A stretch of 32,000 nucleotides of DNA from Acaryochloris marina S15 (lineage in GTDB: Bacteria; Cyanobacteriota; Cyanobacteriia; Thermosynechococcales; Thermosynechococcaceae), in NCBI RefSeq assembly GCF_018336915.1, contig NZ_CP064925.1, positions 150,001 to 182,000 of the forward strand. The letters run 5' to 3'. This document shows positions 8,213 through 16,010 of the stretch, piece by piece. A program made the position numbers and the translations under genes. The notes under the pieces were generated by a model. It worked only from the letters and a program-made list of their open reading frames with translations, did no database searches and was not told where the DNA came from. Positions within the stretch are counted from its first letter, which is position 1. Each line of letters starts with the position of its first letter.

Positions 8213-11200
8213 CTAAGGCTTATTCACTTGTAGCGATTTTCGTTGCTTTCCCTGAGATCTTCTTTGCGTTAAGCCCTTGATGAACTCTATAGCATCATCC
8301 ACAAACGTATAGACAATCGGCACCACAATCAGCGTTAGCAGAGTCGAAATCACCAGCCCTCCTAAAATCACAGTTGCAATAGATGAATAGGCATCCGAGC
8401 CAATTTCAGGGAAGAAGGCCAGCCGAACTACAACAATTAGTGTGGTCAGTGTAGTCATCACAATTGCTTTTAGCCGTACTGGTCCAGCCTGTGAGATCGC
8501 CTCCTCTCTGGAAATACCTTCTTTTCGCTTGGTTATAATCAGCTCCAATAGCAAAATTGCTGCTGACAAAGACAGTCCCGAGAGAATGATAATCCCCAGA
8601 ATTGAGACCGTGGACAGCGTTTGATTGGCGAGAATCAACCCACCAAAGACACCCACGAGTTGCAACGGTACCGATAGCATCATCACCAAGGGGTGAATAA
8701 AGGAATTGAACTGGATGACCAGAATGATATAAATCAGCACTAGCGAAATGGCTAGACCATCGAGCAGGCGTGTGAACTCAGTCATCATATCGGTCATATC
8801 ACCCATGGAGTCAATCCCATAGCCAGGTGGAATCTCTAACTCAGCTCCAGCACGCATGGCGATCGCCATACTCAGATCCATTGAAGCAGGACCCTGACGG
8901 CGGTAGTAACCATTGACATAAACCACCCGCTTGCCGTTGACATGTTCAATCAACGTTGGTCCTTGACGATAGTCGAGCTGCACCAGTGTATTCATGGGAA
9001 CCTGTTTGCCATAGGATGTTGTCAGGTAGGTGCTTTCTAAATCTTGGACTGTTCCCCGATCCACTTCGTCATAGCGTACTAAAATTGAATTTTGTCTTAG
9101 ATTTGGTCGGTTGTAAGAACGCTGGGTCATACCGCCATTGAGGGCAAATCGGGCTTGGGTGGCAATGGCTTCTACATTCAAACCCAACTCCTGGGCACGG
9201 CGGCGATCAATATTTAGCATTAGCTCTGGCTGAGTCATGGCTGCGCTGGTGTGAGCCATCATTAGTCCCGGTGTTTCTTCAGCAATCCGCAACACGTTGT
9301 TCGCCAGTTTGTGGAGGATATTGAGATCATTGCCATAGATCGCTAGCTGAACGGGTGCAGCGGAGGTAGCCATTACATCCACACCCATTTCTTTGAGCGC
9401 CAGCCGTCGGATACCGGAAATCGTTGCCATTGCCTCGGCATGAACCTCATCCATCACTTGCCAGATGTCACGCTTACGATTCAGCTTCAACGTCACGGTG
9501 AGCGAGGCAGTATTGGCATTGCCCATACTGTAGCCCGTGAAGTAGGTGCTATTTCGGGTAAGTTCAAAGCCCACTTGGGAGGAGACTTTTTCCACCTCAG
9601 GCTGTTGGAGTAACAGCGCTTCTAGCTGGGCAGTACTGGAATCGGTTTTAGCAAAGGAACTACCTGCCTCCATTTCTAGTGAAGCCATAAACTGCCCGGA
9701 ATCGCCTAGGGGCATCATTTCCTGGGGTACGAGCGGATAGAGCGAGATTGCCAGCACCACCGTAGAAGCGATGACGGCCAAAGTCACTTCCCGGTTGCGA
9801 AGCGTTAGCTGTAAGAGCCAGCTATAACCGCGTTCTAATTGTCGGAAACTATAGCTAATGGGGGTCAGCAGTTTTTGTAACCAAGTTTTGTGACGGGTTG
9901 GAGACCAGGTGCGATAAAAGAATGCCGCCAGGAGTGGTACCAGCGTGACCGACACCACTACCGACGCCACAAATGCAAAAATCATCGGCCACACAAGGCC
10001 CACAAACATGAGTCCTGTCAGACCACCAGACAGCATGCTCGGCAGCAAGGCAGCTACCATCACACAGCTGGCTGCAACACTGGCTAAAAAGACTTCACCA
10101 GTTCCCCGAATAGCCGCTGCTAGCGGACGGAATCCCTGGCGGATTTTTTGCTCGATGGCGTCAATCACAATAATGGAGTCATCCACCAACTTCCCGATCG
10201 CCATCATCATGCCAATCAATGTCGAAGAGTTGAGAGACATCTGCATGGGGCCAAAGGGTAATGTTGAAAGCGCCAGCGACATGGGAATAGAAATCATGAT
10301 CAATGCTGTGGCACGAAAATCTTCTAGGAAGAGTAAAATAACTCCCCCAGCGAGAAGAACACTGATGAGCAATTCCTTAAACGTGCTCTGCAAAATGATA
10401 TCGACCAGGAAGGAGTTGTCATAAGCTTCTTGAAATTCCAATCCTGGATATTCCTGTTTAATCTTCTCTAGTTCTGCACGCACCCGTTTAATCACTGCAG
10501 GTGAACTAGAGTCCGGCTTTTGAATAATGTTCACAGCGAGGGCCGCTTGGCTGTTGTAGCGGTAACTGCTGCGCCGTTCTTCAAAGGTATCCTCAACCGT
10601 CGCCACATCCCGAAGATAGACCACTTGGCCATCGCGCTCTAGAAGTGGATAGGCCAGCAATGCTGCTGCATTTTGCACCCGCTCATCAGTGCGCACGAGG
10701 ATTTCTGTGTCCCCCTGAGTTAGGATGCCAGAGCCTTGACTCAAATTATTCCGATCCAGAGCATCACGCACCTCTACAATAGATAGCCCATAGGCTCCCA
10801 ACTTTTGGCGATCGACAATCACTTGAAGCTGTCGGCGGTAACCACCAAGGATCGAAACTGCCTGGACATTTTCCACTTGGGTGAGTCGATCCACTAGGGT
10901 ATTATCGGCAAACTCCCGTAACTGCACCGGGTCCCATTGATCCCCCATCAGGGCCAAGGTCAACACAGGGCGGTTTAAGGGGTCAATGGGCAACACCCAG
11001 TAGGAACGGGCGTTAAGTCCTTGCAGTTCAGTATCTCCTTCCGCTGCGTTCATAAGGCTTTGGACGGACTGCACTGCCCGGTTAATGTTGCCGCCCCAGC
11101 CAAACTGGATCGTTACTATGGATAGATTTTGCTGGGAGGTTGAACGCACGAACCGGACATCTTCCAGTACCGTCATTCGCTGTTCCAGAGGTTTGGTAAT

Positions 11201-11392
11201 ATAGGCTTCCACTTCCTCCGGTGAAGATCCAGGGGCCTGGGTAATGACGGCTACCAGCGGACTTTCCACGTAGGGCATCATCCTCACTGGCAGCCCCAGT
11301 AAAACCAGTAGTGACAGGATCAAGATGCCGATATAGAATGCAGTCACTAGGACTGGATGCTTGATAGACCAGCGGGTAAGGAATTCTTTCAC
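8213..11392 (-). CDS. RND-superfamily efflux permease (module 1; putative metal efflux by context)
   Basis: 1059 aa with a typical RND N-terminus (FLTRWSIKHPVLVTAFYIGILI) and a TM4-type motif MAIGKLVDDSIIVIDAIEQ. It is the last gene of the adaptor/lipoprotein/pump operon. Substrate is not assignable from sequence alone. Confidence 0.85.
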   Translation of the reverse strand: MKEFLTRWSIKHPVLVTAFYIGILILSLLVLLGLPVRMMPYVESPLVAVITQAPGSSPEEVEAYITKPLEQRMTVLEDVRFVRSTSQQNLSIVTIQFGWGGNINRAVQSVQSLMNAAEGDTELQGLNARSYWVLPIDPLNRPVLTLALMGDQWDPVQLREFADNTLVDRLTQVENVQAVSILGGYRRQLQVIVDRQKLGAYGLSIVEVRDALDRNNLSQGSGILTQGDTEILVRTDERVQNAAALLAYPLLERDGQVVYLRDVATVEDTFEERRSSYRYNSQAALAVNIIQKPDSSSPAVIKRVRAELEKIKQEYPGLEFQEAYDNSFLVDIILQSTFKELLISVLLAGGVILLFLEDFRATALIMISIPMSLALSTLPFGPMQMSLNSSTLIGMMMAIGKLVDDSIIVIDAIEQKIRQGFRPLAAAIRGTGEVFLASVAASCVMVAALLPSMLSGGLTGLMFVGLVWPMIFAFVASVVVSVTLVPLLAAFFYRTWSPTRHKTWLQKLLTPISYSFRQLERGYSWLLQLTLRNREVTLAVIASTVVLAISLYPLVPQEMMPLGDSGQFMASLEMEAGSSFAKTDSSTAQLEALLLQQPEVEKVSSQVGFELTRNSTYFTGYSMGNANTASLTVTLKLNRKRDIWQVMDEVHAEAMATISGIRRLALKEMGVDVMATSAAPVQLAIYGNDLNILHKLANNVLRIAEETPGLMMAHTSAAMTQPELMLNIDRRRAQELGLNVEAIATQARFALNGGMTQRSYNRPNLRQNSILVRYDEVDRGTVQDLESTYLTTSYGKQVPMNTLVQLDYRQGPTLIEHVNGKRVVYVNGYYRRQGPASMDLSMAIAMRAGAELEIPPGYGIDSMGDMTDMMTEFTRLLDGLAISLVLIYIILVIQFNSFIHPLVMMLSVPLQLVGVFGGLILANQTLSTVSILGIIILSGLSLSAAILLLELIITKRKEGISREEAISQAGPVRLKAIVMTTLTTLIVVVRLAFFPEIGSDAYSSIATVILGGLVISTLLTLIVVPIVYTFVDDAIEFIKGLTQRRSQGKQRKSLQVNKP

Positions 11393-11397
11393 TAAAG

Positions 11398-11889
11398 TTA
11401 CTTGATGTTAAAGGCTAGGGTTGCAGGTTCAGCATCCTTGGCCTTCACCTGAACTGTCCAAGGACCTGCCATCCCAAAGTTGGTTTTAATTTTGAACTCC
11501 TGGTCTTTATCTCCGGGTTCCACAATGGCCAGGGAGGTCATATCTGCTTCGCCTTCCATAGGCATTGAGACTTGGACAGAGACATCATCTGGTGTGAGAT
11601 TCTCCTTTTCAACGTGGACCACAAGTTCGGCATCGCCCATGGGCATTTCGGCGGATTTAGGACTCACCAAATGAATATCCTTGGACTGTTTTGCCTGCTC
11701 TGTGCCTGATGTTTGGCTGTGGCCCATGTCTTCCCTATCGCCATCGGACTTGGATTTTGCCTGCTCTGTGGGAGCTTCTGCGCTGTCCGATGTCTCTGTA
11801 GCTTGTTCTCCTGATTGCGCACTACAGGAAAATAGAAATGTGCTCACGAGAGCGATCGCCAAAAATAATTTCTTCATATCAGTCCTCAT
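11398..11889 (-). CDS. lipoprotein with acidic His/Met-containing linker and Met-rich beta-sandwich-like domain (YtkA/FixH-like, tentative)
   Basis: Signal peptide with lipobox (MKKLFLAIALVSTFLFSC). The C-terminal roughly 90 aa (LVSPK...VSMPMEGEADM...FKIKTNFGMAGPWTVQVKAKDAE) is paralogous to the C-terminal domain of the adaptor at 11942-13720. There is a 5-nt gap to the RND gene. Confidence 0.7.
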   Translation of the reverse strand: MRTDMKKLFLAIALVSTFLFSCSAQSGEQATETSDSAEAPTEQAKSKSDGDREDMGHSQTSGTEQAKQSKDIHLVSPKSAEMPMGDAELVVHVEKENLTPDDVSVQVSMPMEGEADMTSLAIVEPGDKDQEFKIKTNFGMAGPWTVQVKAKDAEPATLAFNIK

Positions 11890-11941
11890 AATGAATGCTG
11901 TTGATATTGTTTGAGGTCAATTCAATTCCTCGAAAGGCGCT

Positions 11942-13720
11942 CTATTGAGCCGTTAGCTTGAACTGGGCGCGTCCTTGATGCTCGGCATCCTTGATTTGGG
12001 CCTTAATCACCCAGTCTCCCTTCATCCCAAAGTGGGTCTTAACCCGGAACTGACCCGGTTTCGGCAAAGCTTTGAGGTCTACCATGGCAGTCATAGGAGC
12101 CATATTTTTCATGGGCATCGTCACATCCACTACGAGCTGCTTAACGGCCAAGGGGGATTGAGTGGCCGCATCGACCACTTGCAAAATCAACTCCTCGGTT
12201 CCGGCCTTCACAGTTTTCGTCTTGGGACTGACCAGCTGAATTGAGACATTTCCTGCTGTCGGTGTAGACAATGAAGCCACGGGCTCACCAGCCGCGTTGA
12301 CGACCGCAACCTTTGAGTCCTCTAACAATCGCGAAGTGCCCGTTGTAATGACACGATCGCCAGACTTCAAGCCCTTAAATATTTCAACGCGATCACCACT
12401 CACGAGTCCCTGTTTTATCCTGCGCCGCACTGCAACTGCCTCTTCGCCACTACCCTGCACCACCCACACCGCTGGCTGCCCCCGAAACTGATGCAAAGCC
12501 GTCTGGGGGACGGACAGTGTTGCGGGTTTACTGGCTTTGATGATCTGCATTTCTAGAAACTGCCCCGACAGTAGTTGATCGCTGGGGTTATTCACCACTG
12601 CTTCCACTGTGACTGTGCGGGTTTGGGGATCCGCGCTGGGGAAAATGCTGGTGATTTTGCCTGTAATCGGTGGCATCTTCGTACCCGGAATCACTGCTTT
12701 GACGCGGGTTCCTTTACCAATGCCGACCGCATCAGCCTGAGCGACATTTGCTCGTAGCCTTACCCGGCTATAGTCCCCAATTTTGAGCACTCCCATTCCG
12801 GGCTGAACCACTACCCCCGGATCGGCCATCCGAGACTGTACAATCCCGCTAATGGGAGCGGTGAGATTGGTATAGCGCTCCATGACAACCGCTGTGTTTG
12901 CCTTTGCTTGGAATTGGTTGATCTTGGCACGGTCTCGCCCTAGCTCTGCCTTCATTCGCACCCACTTGGTTCTTGCTCCCGAAATTGCCGACTCCTTGGC
13001 TGTCACCTCTGATGCAACGAGGTCATAGTCGTTTTGGGAGATGGCCCCACCTGCGACCAGAGCTTTAAAACGTTTGGCCTTGAGCTTCATGTAATCCAGT
13101 TCAGCAGCCATACGGTCAATCTCACGTTGTTGTTCCTCTAACTGCATACTGTTGGCGACCAAAATCTCACGCATGACGTCCCTCTCAGCCTTCGCCTCGA
13201 CCAAATCAGTTCGTCGCTCTAAAGCATCGAGTTGGACAATCACTTGACCCTTTTTAACGCGATCGCCCGGATAAATTGAGTAGTCCTTGAGTTGCCCCGC
13301 GATGCGCGGGTACACCGTGACTTCAAGATAGGGATATACCGAGCCTGTGTACTGAACCGTTTCCTGAACCAAACCGGGACGGATTTCCTCTACCTGAACG
13401 GGGACTGCATTGAATGCCCCATCCACGGCCATCATCTCATCATGGGACATACCCCCATGATCCATTGCTCCCTGCTCTGTATCTGCCATCGCCATCCCAC
13501 CGAAATGTTTGACAGCAAACCAGATGCTACCTGAGAGGACAATGAAAATGCCCAACGCTAATAAGCTTCGGAACGGACGAAAGCCAGGGGAATGGCTGAT
13601 CGAGGCGACCTGAGAGTCATTATCCTCGCACGCATCGGCCTCAGTCTCCTTGGCTTTGGCTAGCGAAGAAACAGATATTTCCGACTCAGCTTGGTTCGGC
13701 TCGACGCTTTCTTGGGGCAT
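11942..13720 (-). CDS. RND periplasmic adaptor (MFP) with Met/His-rich N-terminal segment and extra C-terminal Met-rich domain
   Basis: 592 aa with an N-terminal TM (LLALGIFIVLSGSIWFAV) followed by MAMADTEQGAMDHGGMSHDEMMAVDG. It has a lipoyl/hairpin/barrel-type core (coiled segment LVEAKAERDV...QQREIDRMAAELDYMKLKAKRFKAL). The extra roughly 100-aa tail reads LVSPK...VDVTMPMKNMAPMTAM...FRVKTHFGMKGDWVIKAQIKDAE. Confidence 0.85.
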   Translation of the reverse strand: MPQESVEPNQAESEISVSSLAKAKETEADACEDNDSQVASISHSPGFRPFRSLLALGIFIVLSGSIWFAVKHFGGMAMADTEQGAMDHGGMSHDEMMAVDGAFNAVPVQVEEIRPGLVQETVQYTGSVYPYLEVTVYPRIAGQLKDYSIYPGDRVKKGQVIVQLDALERRTDLVEAKAERDVMREILVANSMQLEEQQREIDRMAAELDYMKLKAKRFKALVAGGAISQNDYDLVASEVTAKESAISGARTKWVRMKAELGRDRAKINQFQAKANTAVVMERYTNLTAPISGIVQSRMADPGVVVQPGMGVLKIGDYSRVRLRANVAQADAVGIGKGTRVKAVIPGTKMPPITGKITSIFPSADPQTRTVTVEAVVNNPSDQLLSGQFLEMQIIKASKPATLSVPQTALHQFRGQPAVWVVQGSGEEAVAVRRRIKQGLVSGDRVEIFKGLKSGDRVITTGTSRLLEDSKVAVVNAAGEPVASLSTPTAGNVSIQLVSPKTKTVKAGTEELILQVVDAATQSPLAVKQLVVDVTMPMKNMAPMTAMVDLKALPKPGQFRVKTHFGMKGDWVIKAQIKDAEHQGRAQFKLTAQ

Positions 13721-13785
13721 TTTTTTACTGAATCTGCCTAGCTGAACTGAATAAACGCTTGCTTACACAAGCATAAATACCAATT

Positions 13786-13802
13786 ATGAAATCAGGATGA
13801 GA
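13786..13802 (-). promoter_or_regulatory. Candidate response-regulator box: direct hexamer repeat with 11-bp spacing upstream of the module-1 efflux operon
   Basis: The plus strand reads ATGAAAtcaggATGAGA, which in gene orientation is TCTCAT-N5-TTTCAT. The proximal hexamer lies 66 nt from the ATG at 13720. The same architecture occurs at 22116-22132. Confidence 0.45.
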
Positions 13803-13908
13803 TAGCTGAGATCCAAACAATAGAAAAAAACTCAATCTAATGGGGATTGTTCGTTTCCCTTACAATGGCCAAATCAACTAAATGGTTGTGACAAACCAAT
13901 CAAGAACA

Positions 13909-14739
13909 TTATCTGGAGTGGATTATAACTGTCTCAGGCCAAGCTATTTCATTATGAAGTTGAACAATGGCAGAGGGTAATGGCTCTGGCAAACGAGTAG
14001 ATTCTGGCTTACCTTCAGTAGTTGCTGCGAAGATCAGGAATGCTCCCATACCAGCCATAATCGCGTTTTCGGCAAAGCTGATGATACCCAGTGGTGTCTT
14101 TGTATTCCCACCCACACAAGCACAATTCAACGCCAGCTTATCGATATAAACTGCCTTGAACACTGAGATAGCACCATTGACTCCAATCAACAGAGAACTA
14201 ATTCCGGTTAACAGTGGTGCCACTCCAGATAAGAAACCTAGGCCAATCAGCAGTTCCGCAAAGGGGTAAGTTCTACCATAGGGTTTGAATGTTTTGGTAA
14301 TAAGGTCATACTTTTGAAATCCTTCGACAAAGGCATCTAGATCCATCAGCTTCAGGGATGCCAGCATCGATAGTGATACCCCCATAAAACCTGTCATTTC
14401 TAACGAGGTTGCAAGGGTAATTAAACCAGCCGTGGAGAAGAGGGCAATCACAGGTGTGTAGGAGTAGTCAGCAGACTCAACTTCCACACCAAAATGTTGG
14501 GCCAGATCGGTATAGCCACCGATACGTTCCTCTCCAAAAAAAATTTGCGGCGTGGTGGGAACGTCATATTTTGCTTTAAATGCCTCCACCTCTTCCATAG
14601 AGCGCAATTGGTGGTCTTCATACTCAATGCTTTGCTCATTGAGCAAATTGATGGCCTTCAGGCCCCAGGGACAGTCATGGTCTGGGGTAGACATTCGATA
14701 GAGTCTAACAGTTGTCTGGGTTGTGTTTAAGGTCGTCAT
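13909..14739 (-). CDS. glutaredoxin-like domain fused to MauE/DoxX-like polytopic membrane domain
   Basis: The N-terminal Grx fold (VRLYRMS..DCPWG...PQIFFGEERIGGYTDL) has a single Cys in a CPWG motif. The C-terminal half is hydrophobic, with a vicinal CAC (LNCACVGG, C206/C208) as I recall for MauE-family proteins. Confidence 0.7.
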   Translation of the reverse strand: MTTLNTTQTTVRLYRMSTPDHDCPWGLKAINLLNEQSIEYEDHQLRSMEEVEAFKAKYDVPTTPQIFFGEERIGGYTDLAQHFGVEVESADYSYTPVIALFSTAGLITLATSLEMTGFMGVSLSMLASLKLMDLDAFVEGFQKYDLITKTFKPYGRTYPFAELLIGLGFLSGVAPLLTGISSLLIGVNGAISVFKAVYIDKLALNCACVGGNTKTPLGIISFAENAIMAGMGAFLIFAATTEGKPESTRLPEPLPSAIVQLHNEIAWPETVIIHSR

Positions 14740-14773
14740 AACTCACCTACTCTGTGCGATTAGAGTCATTCTT

Positions 14774-14806
14774 AAGCTAAACCCTACAGTTGACTAGAGA
14801 GTCAAG
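14774..14806 (-). promoter_or_regulatory. MerR-type promoter/operator driving the Grx-MauE gene
   Basis: In gene orientation: CTTGACTCTCTAGTCAACTGTAGGGTTTAGCTT. The -35 is TTGACT, the spacer is 20 bp and contains a dyad, and the -10 is TAGCTT. It is a near-copy of the promoter at 14836-14868 in inverted orientation. Confidence 0.6.
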
Positions 14807-14835
14807 GGGCCAACATCGCTTACCTGGATTATCAA

Positions 14836-14868
14836 CTTGACCCTATAGTCAACTGTAGGGTTTAAAGT
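14836..14868 (+). promoter_or_regulatory. MerR-type promoter/operator driving the merR-like gene (and probably the RR/HK genes)
   Basis: CTTGACCCTATAGTCAACTGTAGGGTTTAAAGT. The -35 is TTGACC and the -10 is TAAAGT, with a 20-bp spacer as in long-spacer MerR-family promoters. The dyad ACCCTATAGT/ACTGTAGGGT occupies 14840-14861. The -10 ends 27 nt before the ATG at 14896. Confidence 0.65.
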
Positions 14869-14895
14869 GAAGGTAGTTTTCAACCAAACGGAAAG

Positions 14896-15312
14896 ATGAC
14901 AACAGCCATACGCCTGAAAATTGGTGAGGTTCGACGGCAAACTGGGGTTGCTGTTGGGGCATTACGATATTACGAAAGCTTGGCGTTAATCCACTCAGAA
15001 CGCGGAGACAATGGCTACCGCTACTATCCCCAAGAGACTGTGCGGCAGGTGCAGTTTATCAAGAAAGCACAAACCTTGGGTTTCTCCCTAGAAGAGATTC
15101 GGGAAATCCTCAACATTCACCAACAAGGAGATATTCCTTGTGAATGGGTTCAATCCCTGCTTCAAGACAAGATTGAACAGCTTGACCATCAAATCCAGCA
15201 GATGATCACCTTTAAATCCGAATTGGAACACTATCGAGATCGCTGGGTGACCAACCAGCCTCGACCTCAAACCGATGATATCTGCCCTCTGATTGCAACG
15301 GTTTCCTTGTAA
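14896..15312 (+). CDS. MerR-family (metal-responsive type) transcriptional regulator
   Basis: N-terminal HTH IGEVRRQTGVAVGALRYYESLALI and a long dimerisation helix. Cys82 (IPCEW) is at the position of the conserved helix-start Cys of MerR/ZntR-type sensors. Cys130 sits in a C-terminal DDICPLI motif resembling the DCPII of CueR. Confidence 0.85.
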   Translation: MTTAIRLKIGEVRRQTGVAVGALRYYESLALIHSERGDNGYRYYPQETVRQVQFIKKAQTLGFSLEEIREILNIHQQGDIPCEWVQSLLQDKIEQLDHQIQQMITFKSELEHYRDRWVTNQPRPQTDDICPLIATVSL

Positions 15313-15317
15313 CGTTT

Positions 15318-16010
15318 ATGCGAGTTCTACTGGTCGAAGATGAACCAGATTTAGGCGCTGCCATCAAGCGCACTCTCACCCAAGAAGCCTATATCGTTGA
15401 TTGGGTTCAAGATGGTTTAGAGGCTTGGGGCTACCTGGAGAGTCAGTGGGCACAATATACTCTCGCCATTTTTGATTGGCTATTGCCAGGACTCTCCGGC
15501 GTGGAGCTGTGTCAACACCTCCGCACTCAGAATAGCCCCCTACCTATATTGATGTTGACGGCAAAAGATCGCCCGGAAGACACCGCCGAAGGCTTAGATG
15601 CGGGAGCCGACGATTATTTAGTCAAGCCTTTTCGTAAGATTGAGCTTTTGGCCCGACTGCGAGCATTGCAGCGACGTTCCCCCTACTTTCAACCTCAGCA
15701 ACTCCAGGTAGGACGGCTAACCTTAGACTATGGGACTCACAACGTCTCTATCGCGGACGTAGATGGGCAAGTCCCGCAAAGTGTTCTCCTGACCCACAAA
15801 GAATTTCAACTCCTAGAATATTTCATGCAGCATCCAACGCAGATTGTGACCCGCGATCAGATCCTCAACCAGCTCTGGGGGGCTGATGCTTATGCTGTTA
15901 GTAATGTGGTGGCCGCCCTCATGCGTCAACTGCGGCGCAAGCTTTCTGAACAGGGCTGTGAAAATGCCATTGAGACGATCTATGGTGTTGGCTATCGTCT
16001 CAGCCTATGA
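15318..16010 (+). CDS. OmpR/PhoB-family response regulator (module 1)
   Basis: Receiver domain (MRVLLVEDEPDL...DWLLPGLSG...LMLTAKD...GADDYLVKPF) and winged-helix output (...TIYGVGYRL). It starts 5 nt after the merR-like stop and overlaps the HK start by 4 nt. Confidence 0.9.
   Translation: MRVLLVEDEPDLGAAIKRTLTQEAYIVDWVQDGLEAWGYLESQWAQYTLAIFDWLLPGLSGVELCQHLRTQNSPLPILMLTAKDRPEDTAEGLDAGADDYLVKPFRKIELLARLRALQRRSPYFQPQQLQVGRLTLDYGTHNVSIADVDGQVPQSVLLTHKEFQLLEYFMQHPTQIVTRDQILNQLWGADAYAVSNVVAALMRQLRRKLSEQGCENAIETIYGVGYRLSL

Noticed and set aside
8194-8213. FRT-like tandem GGAACTTC-N4-GGAACTTC at the RND stop / integrase-relic junction, with an 11-mer match (CAAGGAACTTC) at 27464-27474
   Set aside because: It is tempting as a recombinase core site, but by a rough estimate a 32-kb sequence should contain hundreds of chance 11-mer repeats on both strands. 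There is no inverted partner with a spacer as in real FRT/lox/att cores.
9945-10424. 159-aa plus-strand ORF (with several 60-65 aa neighbours at 8442-10087) inside the module-1 RND gene
   Set aside because: It lies entirely antisense to a long, motif-rich RND coding sequence. Its low-complexity, Arg/Ser/Thr-rich translation is typical of shadow ORFs.
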